A stretch of 64,000 bases of DNA from Takakia lepidozioides (Eukaryota > Plantae > Bryophyta), in NCBI GenBank assembly GCA_030704615.1, contig CM060731.1, positions 89,714,001 to 89,778,000 on the forward strand, written 5' to 3'. Every line of letters starts with the position of its first letter. Within the stretch, counting starts at the first letter, position 1. Shown here one piece after another: positions 25,436 to 36,948 of this stretch. A program made the translations under genes and the position numbers. Under the pieces are notes generated by a model. That model had not been told where the DNA came from. It was given only the letters and a program-made list of their open reading frames with translations, and ran no database searches.

Positions 25436-28400
25436 TCACCATAGAGACCAATGAGAACCACAGTCCGGAAATGCGTTTGACAAAAAATCACCCAGAAGGC
25501 TTTGCAAACTTACAATGTTTGCACTCACTCGTATTCCGGGGTTCTCCTCGGCATCAATGTCCACTGTCTCTTCCTCCGACTCCGACGAATCCGAGGAGTC
25601 TTTGACTTCGATGGGAGCCTTCACATTCCGTTGCAGCCCTTCCAGATGGGATCCCCAGACGCCTGTGTCCTCTCGTAGGCAAAGAGGTGCGGTCGGAAAA
25701 CCGCCCAGCCCACATTGAGGCACCTGTTACAATGCCATCCACACATTATGACATGGCCCTTCAGATGTTGCGAATGAAAGCATAACGAGAGTTTGCAGAA
25801 AAACATACAACAAGATTATGCATACCTGTCCCACAGATGAGGTCGAGCACTGTGCCCTCCACGTCAGTGCATGTCTCCATAATTGTCTGAATGAAGCAGG
25901 GCTCCGAGTGCGTGAATACCGCAGGGGTTCAGTTGAAGTGAGGCTACTGAGGGAGAAGTTCTGTGGGAACGTTGAAACAGGGACGTCGTAATCGATGGGG
26001 TTGCAGTTCGGGTCAACCCAACAATCCCTCCTTCCGGAAAGCAAAGGTGGAGTTCCTTCACACAAAGCAGTATGCATCGAACTGCTTCGTCTGCATACAC
26101 AGTGGGGAACGATTAGAAATCGAATGCGGCACCGCATTTCAAACTCCTAAGAAAATGAAAGGACGAGTGCCAAGGTCGTAATTACCTTCTTCCCTTCCGA
26201 CCGAAGGCCCAATGTGTTGATGCACGTCCACTTCTTTCTTCAGAATTGGGACGGCGCTCTTGCGGGTCCACTTCGCAATTCCTGTCTGCGTGTTTTTGCC
26301 TCTGCTCGCCAGGACAACCACACAGCCTCTGTCGTCCAACACCATGCGGGCGAGCCCGAATCCTTTCTTCCAAAAGTCCTCGGAGTACCTGTTCCAAGAT
26401 GGCAAAGCTTGCAGTCCTTCCACAGGCTCTCCGTCCGGAATATCCAAGATGATCATATCGCAAGACCAATCGGTGGCATTTCCGCCCCTCCTGCAATCCT
26501 TGTCTGCACACACCCTCTCAAAGAACGAGACCATCTTCAGAAACCCGGGGTGTCGGAAGGCTCTTCGGCAGCCGCCTTCTTCAGTGCTCTGCCCTTCAGA
26601 CCCTCCATGGTCTTCATGTATGCCAACTTGGCTGCCCGTCATCCAAAGCCGCCAAGAAACTCTCATTCACACACTGGACTACTGTATCGGGATCCACTTT
26701 CGGCCTCTTCATTTCCACCGGCTCGAAAGGGTGCCCCCCCGGGGGTTGAAGAGTGCCTTCTTTGCCGAGCCAGTTCTCGTCCCTCTCGTGACAACGGTGG
26801 GCACAGGGATTTTGGCTGCGTCTCGGGGGTGGGCTGGTTGCAAAGTCTCCATCGGAGTCCTCTTCCTCACCCTCTACCTGCACTATCTGTTTCTGCTTCT
26901 TCGTTTTCTTGGGTGTCACAACTGCTGCTCCTTGCTGGCGAGTCCGCTTCTTCGACCCCTTCTGTTGAGCCTGCACAGCTGCATCCACCGTCTTCTGTGC
27001 CATCTCAGCTGCCTTTCTGGATTGTTCCAGAGCAGCAGCTTCCTTTGCCGACTCTGGCCGAGCAGGGACACGTCTTTCCTTTCTCTTCTCTTCTGCTTTC
27101 GCGTGCAGATCTTTCTCAGACTCGTCAACAATTCCGCCAGACATGTCCAGGTACCACGGGCATCCAACCAGATGCGCGGCATGCCATTGTTTCTGCATCT
27201 CGGGTGTGTAGACACAGCTTGGGCCCGCCACGGTCCAAGCCATGAAGAACGGGGGCTCTTGAGCCAGGGCCCTGTCTGAAGAAGCACGTATTTCATATAC
27301 CTGCAGGGTCAGCATGCGTGAGCAAAAGTTGAGACCAACGTACTCGCAGAGTGCAAAAACATAAAATGCGAATGCGGTGCCGCATTTCCCAGACAAACCT
27401 CATTACCAGGCTTTGCATACAAGGACAGCTGGGCTTCACCTGTAAACAATTCGCATTGCAGCTTTTCCCGCTCCCTCCTGATGTGTAAACTCCACGCTTT
27501 CTTGCTGTGCAGCTCCCTGGCGAAGAGGTTGTCCTTGTAAGCACATCTATGAAATGTGTCACGTAGTCTTCCAATGTCTGTGTTCCATCCCATTTGACGT
27601 ACAAGCCGAACGAATTTGTATGCATTACGACTTGCTCCTTCGCATTCGTCATTACCTGCGATTCCCACATGCATTGTCACGTAGCAGTTCAGGGAATTCA
27701 TTTCAGAAAAGCAAATCTGGGGAAGTACCTTGAATTACCTGGAACCACCAAGTCATGCGGTTGAGCCACACATCCACTGCAGGGTCGGAAACTTCGAGTG
27801 GAAAAGACCACATTGTCCTTATACTCTCCGATGCATTCCAGATCGACAGCCACCGTGTCTGCCATTTCCGATCCAATGTCAGGAGCAGGAAGAAGAGTGG
27901 CTATTGCTAGGAAGGAACTTCAGTGCATTGAAACCTCACCTTCTCTTTCGCTCAACACATGCCGTTGAGAGGTGATGCAGTTTCTCCAACTGCATGGTCG
28001 GCTGCATGGCCCGAGAATAGTGTTTTGCAATCTCGGGGATGAAGTCCTTTCCAAGTGCCGGATCTGCAATGGCCACCAGCTTCACAAGCTTTGACTTGTA
28101 TTTCGTTCTGGACTTGACCCCGGCTTCCTTCAAGTGCTCAGTCAATGACTGCAACGTTTTGACCTGCCCCTCACTTTCCATGAAGAAGCGTTTGGCATGG
28201 GCCAAATCCAGCTTGATGTTTGACTGCCAACAAAAACATGCAGAAGCGTTACATTCGATTCATGTGGAAAGATTACCGGAAATTGGGGAAGGATGAGCAG
28301 AGGGAAATGGGAGGACGACTTACTTCGTATATCACCTCCACCATTCCATCCATAGTGAGACGATACCATGTCCGGTCAGTTTTTGCCACGGCTTTCTGAA

Positions 28401-30130
28401 TGAGCTCGGGCTCCAGCATTTCCGCGAACATGTGCGGATCAGTGAGACCAGTTTTCCTCACCCTGTACAGCATATGTGCCATGTGGGTATGCACGTACGC
28501 ATTTTCAGTGACCCTGCAAGGCACACTCTCCAGTTCAGTCCACGGAAGCACGGAAACAAAACAGATTGGAAACCGAAATGCGGCACCGCATTTCGAACGT
28601 GCTTGGGAGGGTATGAGTATCTTACGAGTTGAGGTCCGCCATGGCATTCTTGAGCAGGGAGGAGTCTGCCGCCTTCACCTTGAGGATGACACACTCCACC
28701 ATGTAATGCCAGCCAATGTGCTTGGCATGGTTCTGCTTGATGTACTCCCACCAGGCGAGAAGTCGGTGATTCCCGTCCCACACAAAGAACATTTTACCCG
28801 ACATATGGCCGAAGTCTGGATCACCCTTCAGGTTGCCTCGAATTCGTCGTTGCGAGTGTGCCAGTGGGTATCCCATGTTGACAATTCCTCCGCAGTGGGT
28901 CCACGAGATTCGCCGTCCTCATTCTCAAGGGAAACGTAGAAGGCTGGCGAACCTAGACGGTACCCTTCTCGAAATGCGAACTTGAGCTTATCCACATCTC
29001 CGGGAAGTGCCTGCCTGACGATGGGAAGGGAGACCATGCGACAGAGTGGGATTCGAAGAGTCCGCTGGAATACCCTGCTGCCCAGAACTCTGCCAATGCT
29101 ACTATGTGTCTCCTCCAACATTGTATCCGCTGCACTTTGGAATTCCTCCGGAGACATTTCTGCTGGTGGCGGCAGGGGCTGAGCAGCTGGAGCATCCCCA
29201 ACTGGAGCTGCACTCTGGGAATCTTTGCGGACAATTCTGCAATTGCAGAGGCCTCCTCCGGGCCTTCAGTGGTCAGGTCTTCCTCAACTGTGGTCAGGTC
29301 TTGCTGAGAACGTTGAGAGGCAGCACCCTCCTCCGGTACCAGATCGACGGTCGATCCCATTGCCTTCGCTGCAGCAGGCTGGAAATCAAGCAGGAACTGG
29401 GCTTCAGCTCGTGGAATCGGTTTTGCGGGAGACTGCTCCGCCTCCCCCTGATTGCCTTGTGCTTCCTCATTCTTGCAGGTGAAGGTGTCTGCTGCTGCAA
29501 TTGAATCTTCATTCGCCTGGGTGGGGGGAAACGGCCTGGTCCGGTTCAGAAACAAGTTGAAGGACGGGCTGCTTCTTCTTCGTCTTTGCTGGAGAAGGGC
29601 TAGACCCCTGCTGGCGATTCTCCATGACCTTTGAAGGCGAGTCGCTCTCTGGGGCTTTGAACTGCAAAGACTTGCCCTTCGAAGCCGCGTCCTTGAAACG
29701 CACAGGGCTAGGCCCGGCAGGAAGACCCGTGCTCGTGGATCGGCTGGGTGTGCGTGCTGCAGCTAGCTCCACGGACTCTGCCTGCGGCTCTTCGGATTCC
29801 TGCGATCCCTCCAGCACGTCCACCTTTCCGGTTAGGCATGCAAACATCTTCTGCATTCAAGTCTCCTAGCATACAGTCTAAGAATTGCAGAAGAAAAATG
29901 AGGCGGGTTTCGGTGCTCGATCAGCTGGCGAATCCCGATAGCACGGAGCTCTCACTGGTGGCTGGGTTGCCTGCGTGGCCTGATGCTGCGAGATGGCAAT
30001 CTCCTCCTGTAGACGCATCTGCTTCCTCCCCTTCGGCATTGGCCTACGTCCGAAGTACAATTTTCGGAGCTTGCGACGATGTCTCTTCTCTGGTGCACGC
30101 ACTCCCTCCCTCTCAGGTTCGAGCATAAGA
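25436..30130 (-). pseudogene. Multi-exon ParB/Srx-like domain plus beta-class DNA methyltransferase-like fusion gene (5' end uncertain)
   Basis: IPLCRM..VRQAL..VDKL..F..GY and FFVWDGNHRLLAW (~28750-28790); CDMIILDIPDG (26431-26462); FIQTIMETCTDVEGTVLDLICGTG|ASMWAG; introns 26091-26185 and ~25724-25825 at the same positions as in MULE-A. Confidence 0.78.
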
Positions 30131-30379
30131 AGAAAAGAGACAGGGAAAAGGGGCGAAGAGTGCAGATGGAAAGGGCGCGAGAGGGGTGACTGAGGAGACA
30201 CGACAAAAGAAGATGAAACGCGGTGATGCACCACTTGGGTTCGAAAGGGTTGGACGAAAGTGTCTCCTCGTGGACTTTGCGTCATTACGAAATTCGAATC
30301 GTTCAGGTACGCCTGCCGTCCGAAAAACAAACATCATTATCCAACGGTCAGGCCGCGCCGCCTCATGCCACTTCAGTCA

Positions 30380-31700
30380 GATAGAGTGCAGACATGTGCC
30401 GCAATTCCGTTGCTCCACGTGTTCAAATTTGGAGTTGGAGTGAAAATGCGAATGCGGCGCCGCATTTCCGTTAAGTACCATCACGAAGCTACACATCCGT
30501 GCTTGTTGGAAGAAAATGCGGCACCGCATTTCCGTTCCACCTTCACATACCTTAGTTGTTGAACGGAAATACGGTGCCGCATTTCCGTCCCACAGCTCCA
30601 TGTATGAGATACAAAAGGAAATGCGGCGCCGCATTTCCGTTCTGGAATGTCGAAACGTGCGTCGGACGGAAATGCGGCACACATTTCAGTTCCCGTGGTT
30701 CATGATTTTCAATCTGAACGGAAATGGTACCGCATTTCCGTTCACGGAAATGCGTGCCACACGTCTAACGGAAATGCGGTGCCGCATTTCCGGTCGGAAA
30801 TGCGGCAATTTCAGTCAGAACGGAAATGCGGTACCGCGTTCTGTAGAGTATTAAGGTGGCGGAAATGCGGTGCCGCATTTTCGTTCCAAAGCTCTATGCC
30901 TCACATACAAAACGGAAATGCGGCGCCGTTCCGTTTGGAATGTCGGAAGGTGCGACTCCGACGGAAATGCATTTCAGTTCCGATGTTTCACGATTTTCAT
31001 AAGAACGGAAATGCGGTGCCGCATTTCTGTTCCCGTTGTTCATAATTCTCAATCAGAACGGAAATGCGGTACCGCATTTCCGTTACACCTTCACATACCG
31101 TGCTTGTTGGATGGAAATGCGTTACCGCATTTCCGTTCTGGAGAGTATGAAGGTCTCACCCGGGCGGAAATGCGGTGCCGCATTTCCGTTCTGGAATGTC
31201 GGAAAGTGCGACTCGGACGGAAATGCGGCGCCGCATTTCGGTTATGGAATGTCGGAAAGTGCGACTCGGATGGAAATGCGGTGCCGCATTTCTTTTCCCT
31301 TTGTTCATGATTCTCAATCAGAACGGAAATGCGGTACCGCATTTCCGTTCCACCTTCACATACCGTGCTTGCTGGATGGAAATGAATGTCGGAAAGTGCG
31401 ACTCGGACGGAAATGCGGTGCCGCATTTCTTTTCCCTTTGTTCATGATTCTCAATCAGAACGGAAATGCGGTACCGCATTTCTGTTCCACCTTCACATAC
31501 CGTGCTTGCTGGATGGAAATGCGTTACTGCATTTCCGGTCTGGAGAGTGTAAAGGTTTTGCCCGGACGGAAACTCGGTGCCGCATTTCCGTCGCTCTGGT
31601 GCATGACGAAGACGCAATACGGAAATGCGGCTCCGTATTTCCGTCCAGCAGCAATCGAAAGAATCACTCCGGACGGAAATCTGAAACCTCATTTCTGCAT
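30380..31700. repeat. MULE-B 22-bp palindrome array with 31-bp variable spacers (53-bp period) between the two divergent genes
   Basis: GGAAATGCGG..CCGCATTTCC starts at 31007, 31060, 31113, 31166, 31219, 31272, 31325, 31378 (partial), then 31409, 31462, 31515, 31568, 31621. Confidence 0.95.
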
Positions 31701-31874
31701 GCTGAACCTGAATGGGTTGCATTGTTCCGAAACAACAGAATTGCGGCCAGTCTTGATGAGCACAACTAGGTTGTCTGACCGTTTTAACTAACAGTCCTGG
31801 CACTTGTCAGTGCGAACGCTCCTGTCCGTACCGAGAATACTGCTGGATCCACCCTCAGGAGAAACTGTCAGGAG

Positions 31875-34800
31875 ATGTTATTTCGTCGCCGACTCGGCCA
31901 TCATTGTCTAACTTACTGGCTATGGAATCACACCTCCCACCTTCATGCATGTAGCTTGAAACTATACTTTCCACTTCAATGTGCGACTTCCAATCGTCGA
32001 TGGACTCCGCATGGTGCCTGTGAGCCTTCGTCTATCGCTATACTGAACCTCGCACTTGCCAACTTCGTGCGGTGTTCGATTGCTCCGAATTCCTACGCTA
32101 TAGTTTGCTGTCCTCCGCAACTTGGGAGAGCCTGGATCCCAAACGAGGGAGGACTTTGCAGAGTGACTGAAACTTACCTTTGTTCTAAATTCAAGCTCAA
32201 ACCGGGCACAATTTACTTGGAAGAAGAAAGGAAGGATGGTCCTGGACAGGTTGACGAGACCATTGTCGTGCTAGGTAACGACGGAGGTTGCGGAATCGAA
32301 TGGCACGTACCCCCATCAGACACCATCCTATACCGAGCTGTGGGAATGCCCATTCCCTTTCCGAATCAGTCGCTGCCCACACCATCCACAAAGGAGTCCG
32401 GAAACCGACAGGCGGCCACTGCCAACAGAGAGGTATGCAACGATAATAATTCCCGACCTGGACCGTCAAGACCCTCCATAGCTTCTCGTGTGGACGTATT
32501 CGACATTTCCGACGATGAAGATGAGTGCATTGAGGTCCCCATGTCCTCCACACGGTCGTTCAAATCCGACATGGACGTCTCTGCAGGTGCTACGCAAGTA
32601 CTCTCGAGCATAACTCCAACCCGGTCCATTGTGCAGCTCCTACGGCAACATCACCTCGATGGTTCTCGCTCCGAGCTGGCTGCTCTCGACTATGCCAAAT
32701 TTCCGGTCAGGAAGGTAACGTATCTGCCTCCCGAAGTCGATGGCAATGTCATCTTCGAGTTTCCACCTGTCACTTCCTCAAACAAGGCCTCAGGGATGTT
32801 AACAGACATGGATCGAAAGCATGACGGACACCCCTGGTGTGTGACAAAGACCAGTAGCACGAAAATTGCTGATGGTGTTTGTGTACGATACGTCCTCTGT
32901 GCGGGGAAGCTGAGGTGCCTGAATCCCGCCTGCTTCCATTTTCTTTCCAAAGGAGGGCGGAGAAACGAGACGGATTGGACTGGCACATTCATTGTCTCCA
33001 GCCAAGCTCCTGCGGGTACTTTCAAGTGCGCACATTGCAAAGAACCACCGACGTGCATGTCCATGTGCAGAGCCAAGCAATATTACGTAATCCATTTGCT
33101 CCCGGACTTGACTAGAGCTTGCATACACGTTGGGGTCCACTGCCACCCCTTGGCTAGAGGCAACATGCGTGAGGCTATGCAGGAAGCACACGACATCATA
33201 AAAGAGGAGGTGAAATTGAGCCCTGGAGCAAGACCAAAGCAGATTCAGGTGAAGGCAGCCCACAAGATTGCTCTTGGAAAAATCATGTCTGAAGATGGTT
33301 CAGACCGAGTGCCCTTGAACGAAAAGGAGATGCTTGACCTGTTGGAGTCCGTCTCGCACGTTTGTAGTCCGAATGTGCGGAATCACATCGTATCTTGCAA
33401 GCAGGAGTTCGGCCGGGGGTCGGACATGCACTCAATCCTGGAGGTGAAACGAATGACTGGATATGACTACATCCAAGGTAGCAGGTTTCCAGGGCAAGGC
33501 AGCGAATCCGATCGTTGTTACATTTTTAAAATGTCGACGTGTGGGCCTGGGAGTGGAGTCGACTTGGTCACTCGCATGACAACTGGAAACCTGTCGAATG
33601 CTTGGGTGATGTTTGATCACATCAAGTGAATTACAAACCATCAGTGGGTGACTATGGGTGCGCATGTTTATGACTATCACTCCAAGAGGCTCATGACGAT
33701 TGCAATCTGCGAGATGAAAGGGGAGGACACACAGTCGGAGATGCATCTGTGGGAGGGCATAAACAAGCAGATGGCAAGGGCGGGATTGCCAGAGCCCAAT
33801 TTCAGGGGATTCATGGCAGACAACGCTCAGGCCAACTGGGCAGCGGTGCGGCGTGTGTACGGTGAGGACCCCAATGTTCCAATGGAGGGGAAAGAGAGAT
33901 CCTGTGGATTCCATTGGATGCAGAGTCTATCCCACTACACTACCAAATTTGTTGCTAGCTCATTCCAGGCTGAACACCGTGTCCTTTGTACGGCGTGGAA
34001 GGATGCACCCACATTTGATGACGCGGAGGTTAAGTTTGCTATCATCGAGGCTTGGTAGAACACGTCAGGTGCAGTGGAGACAACCAATCTGGGAGCTTTG
34101 CACAGCTGGTTGGGGTGGTGGCATTTCCGGTATCGACAGTTCGGACAGTACATGCGGGAGGTATGATCCTGTCATTTTCGTGCAATTGTCTTTCTATTAC
34201 GGACCTTTCCATTGGTTCCTCACCATTGTCTGTGTCCTTGTAGGAGCGGTGCTTGGATTCCGACACGGACATGCCGAACACGAATATGGCAGAATCAGTG
34301 CACTCCTCTTGGCGAGCGTCTTCTGCCGCACATCTGGTGGACGTAGTGACGGCCACAACGGAGGACATCGACAGAGCAATCATGCAGCAAGCCACGTACT
34401 ACAAGTTCCTGAGCGGGAAACAATGGGGCTTTGGGCCGGACAGGGAGGAATTGTTGGTGCGAACAGCTTCGAGGTCGAAGAATCCACTGAAATGGGCGAC
34501 AACATTGCGAGAGAAGATCAAAGGGACGCCTCTGCACCGCAGAGGTGAACACCTAGAGGGGGACGTCCGTACTCGCCCTGTGAGGCGGAGGATTGAAGAG
34601 GAACCCGGGTGCGAAGAGGATTCCTGGAGATCCGACATGAACATTCGGACAGCACCTCGAGGGCCCGTCATGTTGCCGCACAATGTGTCTTCCAGCAGTG
34701 GAAGCCCAAGAAATTCCAGATCGCCATCGCCTTCAAGCGGGGATTCCGTGCGAGAAATTCCCACCGCTCGCTTGCCCTAGATTCCGCCCCCTGTTATGCA

Positions 34801-35673
34801 GTATGGCCAAGCCATTGTGGAGACGACTGTGTCTGCGTCACAGTGGAGAATTGCTCGCACAAAGCCGTCGTTTCGAGGCAGGTGTTCCGCAATTCGAGTG
34901 GATACACGGCAACGTTGTTTAGAGATGATAAGGAGGAATCCAGATGGTGCTGTCCCTGCTCCTACTTTTACAGGAAGATTTGTCCATGCAAGTTTGCGGA
35001 GGCGACAACCACCCAGTTCTGGTTCTGCAGGCACGACATTATGACTTGCGTGTATGGAAAGCCCAAGTACGGCATACAAACAATGCCAGAGGCTCCCCCG
35101 GTGTGGCCGGTGGAACCAGGCTGCGATCTGAGTCAGGTTGAGGCCGACGCCCTTACCGCCGCAGGATTTCGGATGGTGCAGCGCACTGACGTCCCCAGAC
35201 AACCATTTTTGCTTCCACAGCCTCCACCACCGACCCCTGTGAGAGCAAGAACAATGGGACCCGACAGCTCTAAGCATCCTACACACCGTTGGGGGAAACC
35301 GAAGAGGCGGCGACCTCCCTCAAAAGTGAACGAGACGAGGATGGGGAATGCACTTCGGATGAACTGTACAATCCAGAGCTCGACAGAAGTGCCCCCACCA
35401 GGCTTCGGGCGTGTGTATCAGATGGCCACTGCAAGCTCAACTGTTCGCAATGAGGTGTACACCATCACCATTTCAGAATTACCCACCTGCAATTGCACTG
35501 ACTTTCAGATCATGGCGAACAAGGGGGCATCATACTGCCCTTGCAAGCATCTGTACTACGTGTACCTAAAGAGACTCCGGTGTAATTCCACAACTCATCA
35601 CTTCATACATGCACCAGGGTTGAGCCCCCAAGAGGTGCACACTCTTCTGAATATGGATCCAGGGGACCAGTGA
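31875..35673 (+). pseudogene. MULE-B transposase: GCM-like Zn domain, DDE core, C-terminal SWIM finger; stops at 33627 and 34056, frameshift near 34780
   Basis: DGHPW..CAGKLRCLNPAC..CAHC..HVGVHCHP; MFDH..FMADNA..CGFHW..TNMAES; CNCTDF..CKH; intron 34161-34243. True start uncertain. Confidence 0.9.
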
Positions 35674-36504
35674 CCTTGGCTTGCGGTCCCAACACAATGG
35701 TACGCCCATCCTTTTCGGATAGTAGAATTGTACTGCTGCAAGTAGCTCTGACTCTGGCCACAAAAAGGTCCGACTTATGTCTTGCCTACCAGTAACCTGT
35801 TTTGTTCGAACGTCGATAATACTATGTCATTCACTCGTGTTTCCAAGTACATGTATTTTTGTGTGTTGGAGGGTTCCTGTTTTTCAGCTCTCCCAAACTT
35901 TGCTTTCCTCATTCGACCCCCGGCAAGGAAATGCGGCGCCGCATTTCCAAGTAACGTCGTAGGTACTGGTAGATGCGGCAGTCAGCAACACCAAACCGCC
36001 CAGAAATTTCGCACGTGCGAACCCTAATGCGGCACCGCATTTCCTAATTCACTTGCAAAACTTTCCCGCCGAATACTGGAAGATGATAGAATTGTGCAGA
36101 CTCTATTGGTTCAGTCGCGGCAAAAGGGTCAGCTTCATTCCAATGTTAAGGCAGGTAAAACCGCGGAATACTCTATACAGGCCAGTATGCGACGTCTTTT
36201 TGCCGTGGTATACTGGATTTCTCGTTGCACGGTCACTCATTTCCATGAGCGGATCTAAAAAACCATGAGCGGAGTTGTTACAAACGACATATCTTTGCCA
36301 CATTACAGGATCCGTAACTTCCAAAAACGGCAAGGTCAAATATAAAACTATTATTTTAATATTTGTTTAATCTGCCGCATTTCCAAAATTTGGAGGAGTC
36401 CGCTCATGAAATCCGCGTGTCTTAGACTTCGGCTCACCGCTCATGCGGCTCATGCGGCTCATGGCTCATGGCTCATGGTTTCTGCTCATGAAATAGTAAA
36501 CCTC

Positions 36505-36945
36505 GCAGTTGCTCATAGGTCTCCAAAGCATTCCTACCACACCCATGTTAAATCCTGCCAACATTATATTCAACGTGATCAAAGTTTGTTGAGGCATTCC
36601 GTTGAACACTCGGTGTGCATTCATGATGCTCCTGCACTTAACATACATGTTCACAAGGGGGTTGAGGAGAAAAACACTCGGCGTGAATCCACTTTGGATA
36701 ATGTGAGTGTGCACCTGCTTTCCAGCTTCCAGACTCTTCATTTTGATGCACTTAAGCAAGAGACAGACGTACATATCTGAATCTGCTGAAATGCTCCTTG
36801 GTTTAAAGGATGTAGAGCCTCTTTCAGTCTGCCTACCTCACAAAGCATCTTCACATGCCTAGAAGAGCCAGAAGAGGCATTATGGACTCCCTCTCTTGAT
36901 CCTCTTTTAGAAGTTGTGGTCATGGTTGAGGTGCCTGATTTAAAT
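36505..36945 (-). pseudogene. PLS-class PPR gene, 5' part
   Basis: LCEVGRLKEAL..YVCLLLKCIKMKSLEAGKQVHTHIIQSG..LVNMYVKC..AHRVFNGM. Confidence 0.88.
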
Positions 36946-36948
36946 AAG

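Larger units (their letters stand above)
21367..36504 (+). mobile_element. MULE-B: 15.1-kb Mutator-like element nested in the PPR pseudogene inside MULE-A
   Basis: Ends GGGGGCTGCTATTTCATGAGC and GCTCATGAAATAGTAAACCTC; 9-bp TSD G(T/C)AGTTGCT at 21358-21366 and 36505-36513. Confidence 0.92.

Noticed and set aside
19226-30130. Bacterial contamination (ParB, restriction-modification MTase)
   Set aside because: The genes have conserved GT-AG introns and lie within TSD-flanked MULEs nested in plant TE and PPR sequence.
30380-31700. True CRISPR array
   Set aside because: Eukaryotic transposon context, no cas genes, spacers recur as duplicated types, and single repeats also occur in introns.
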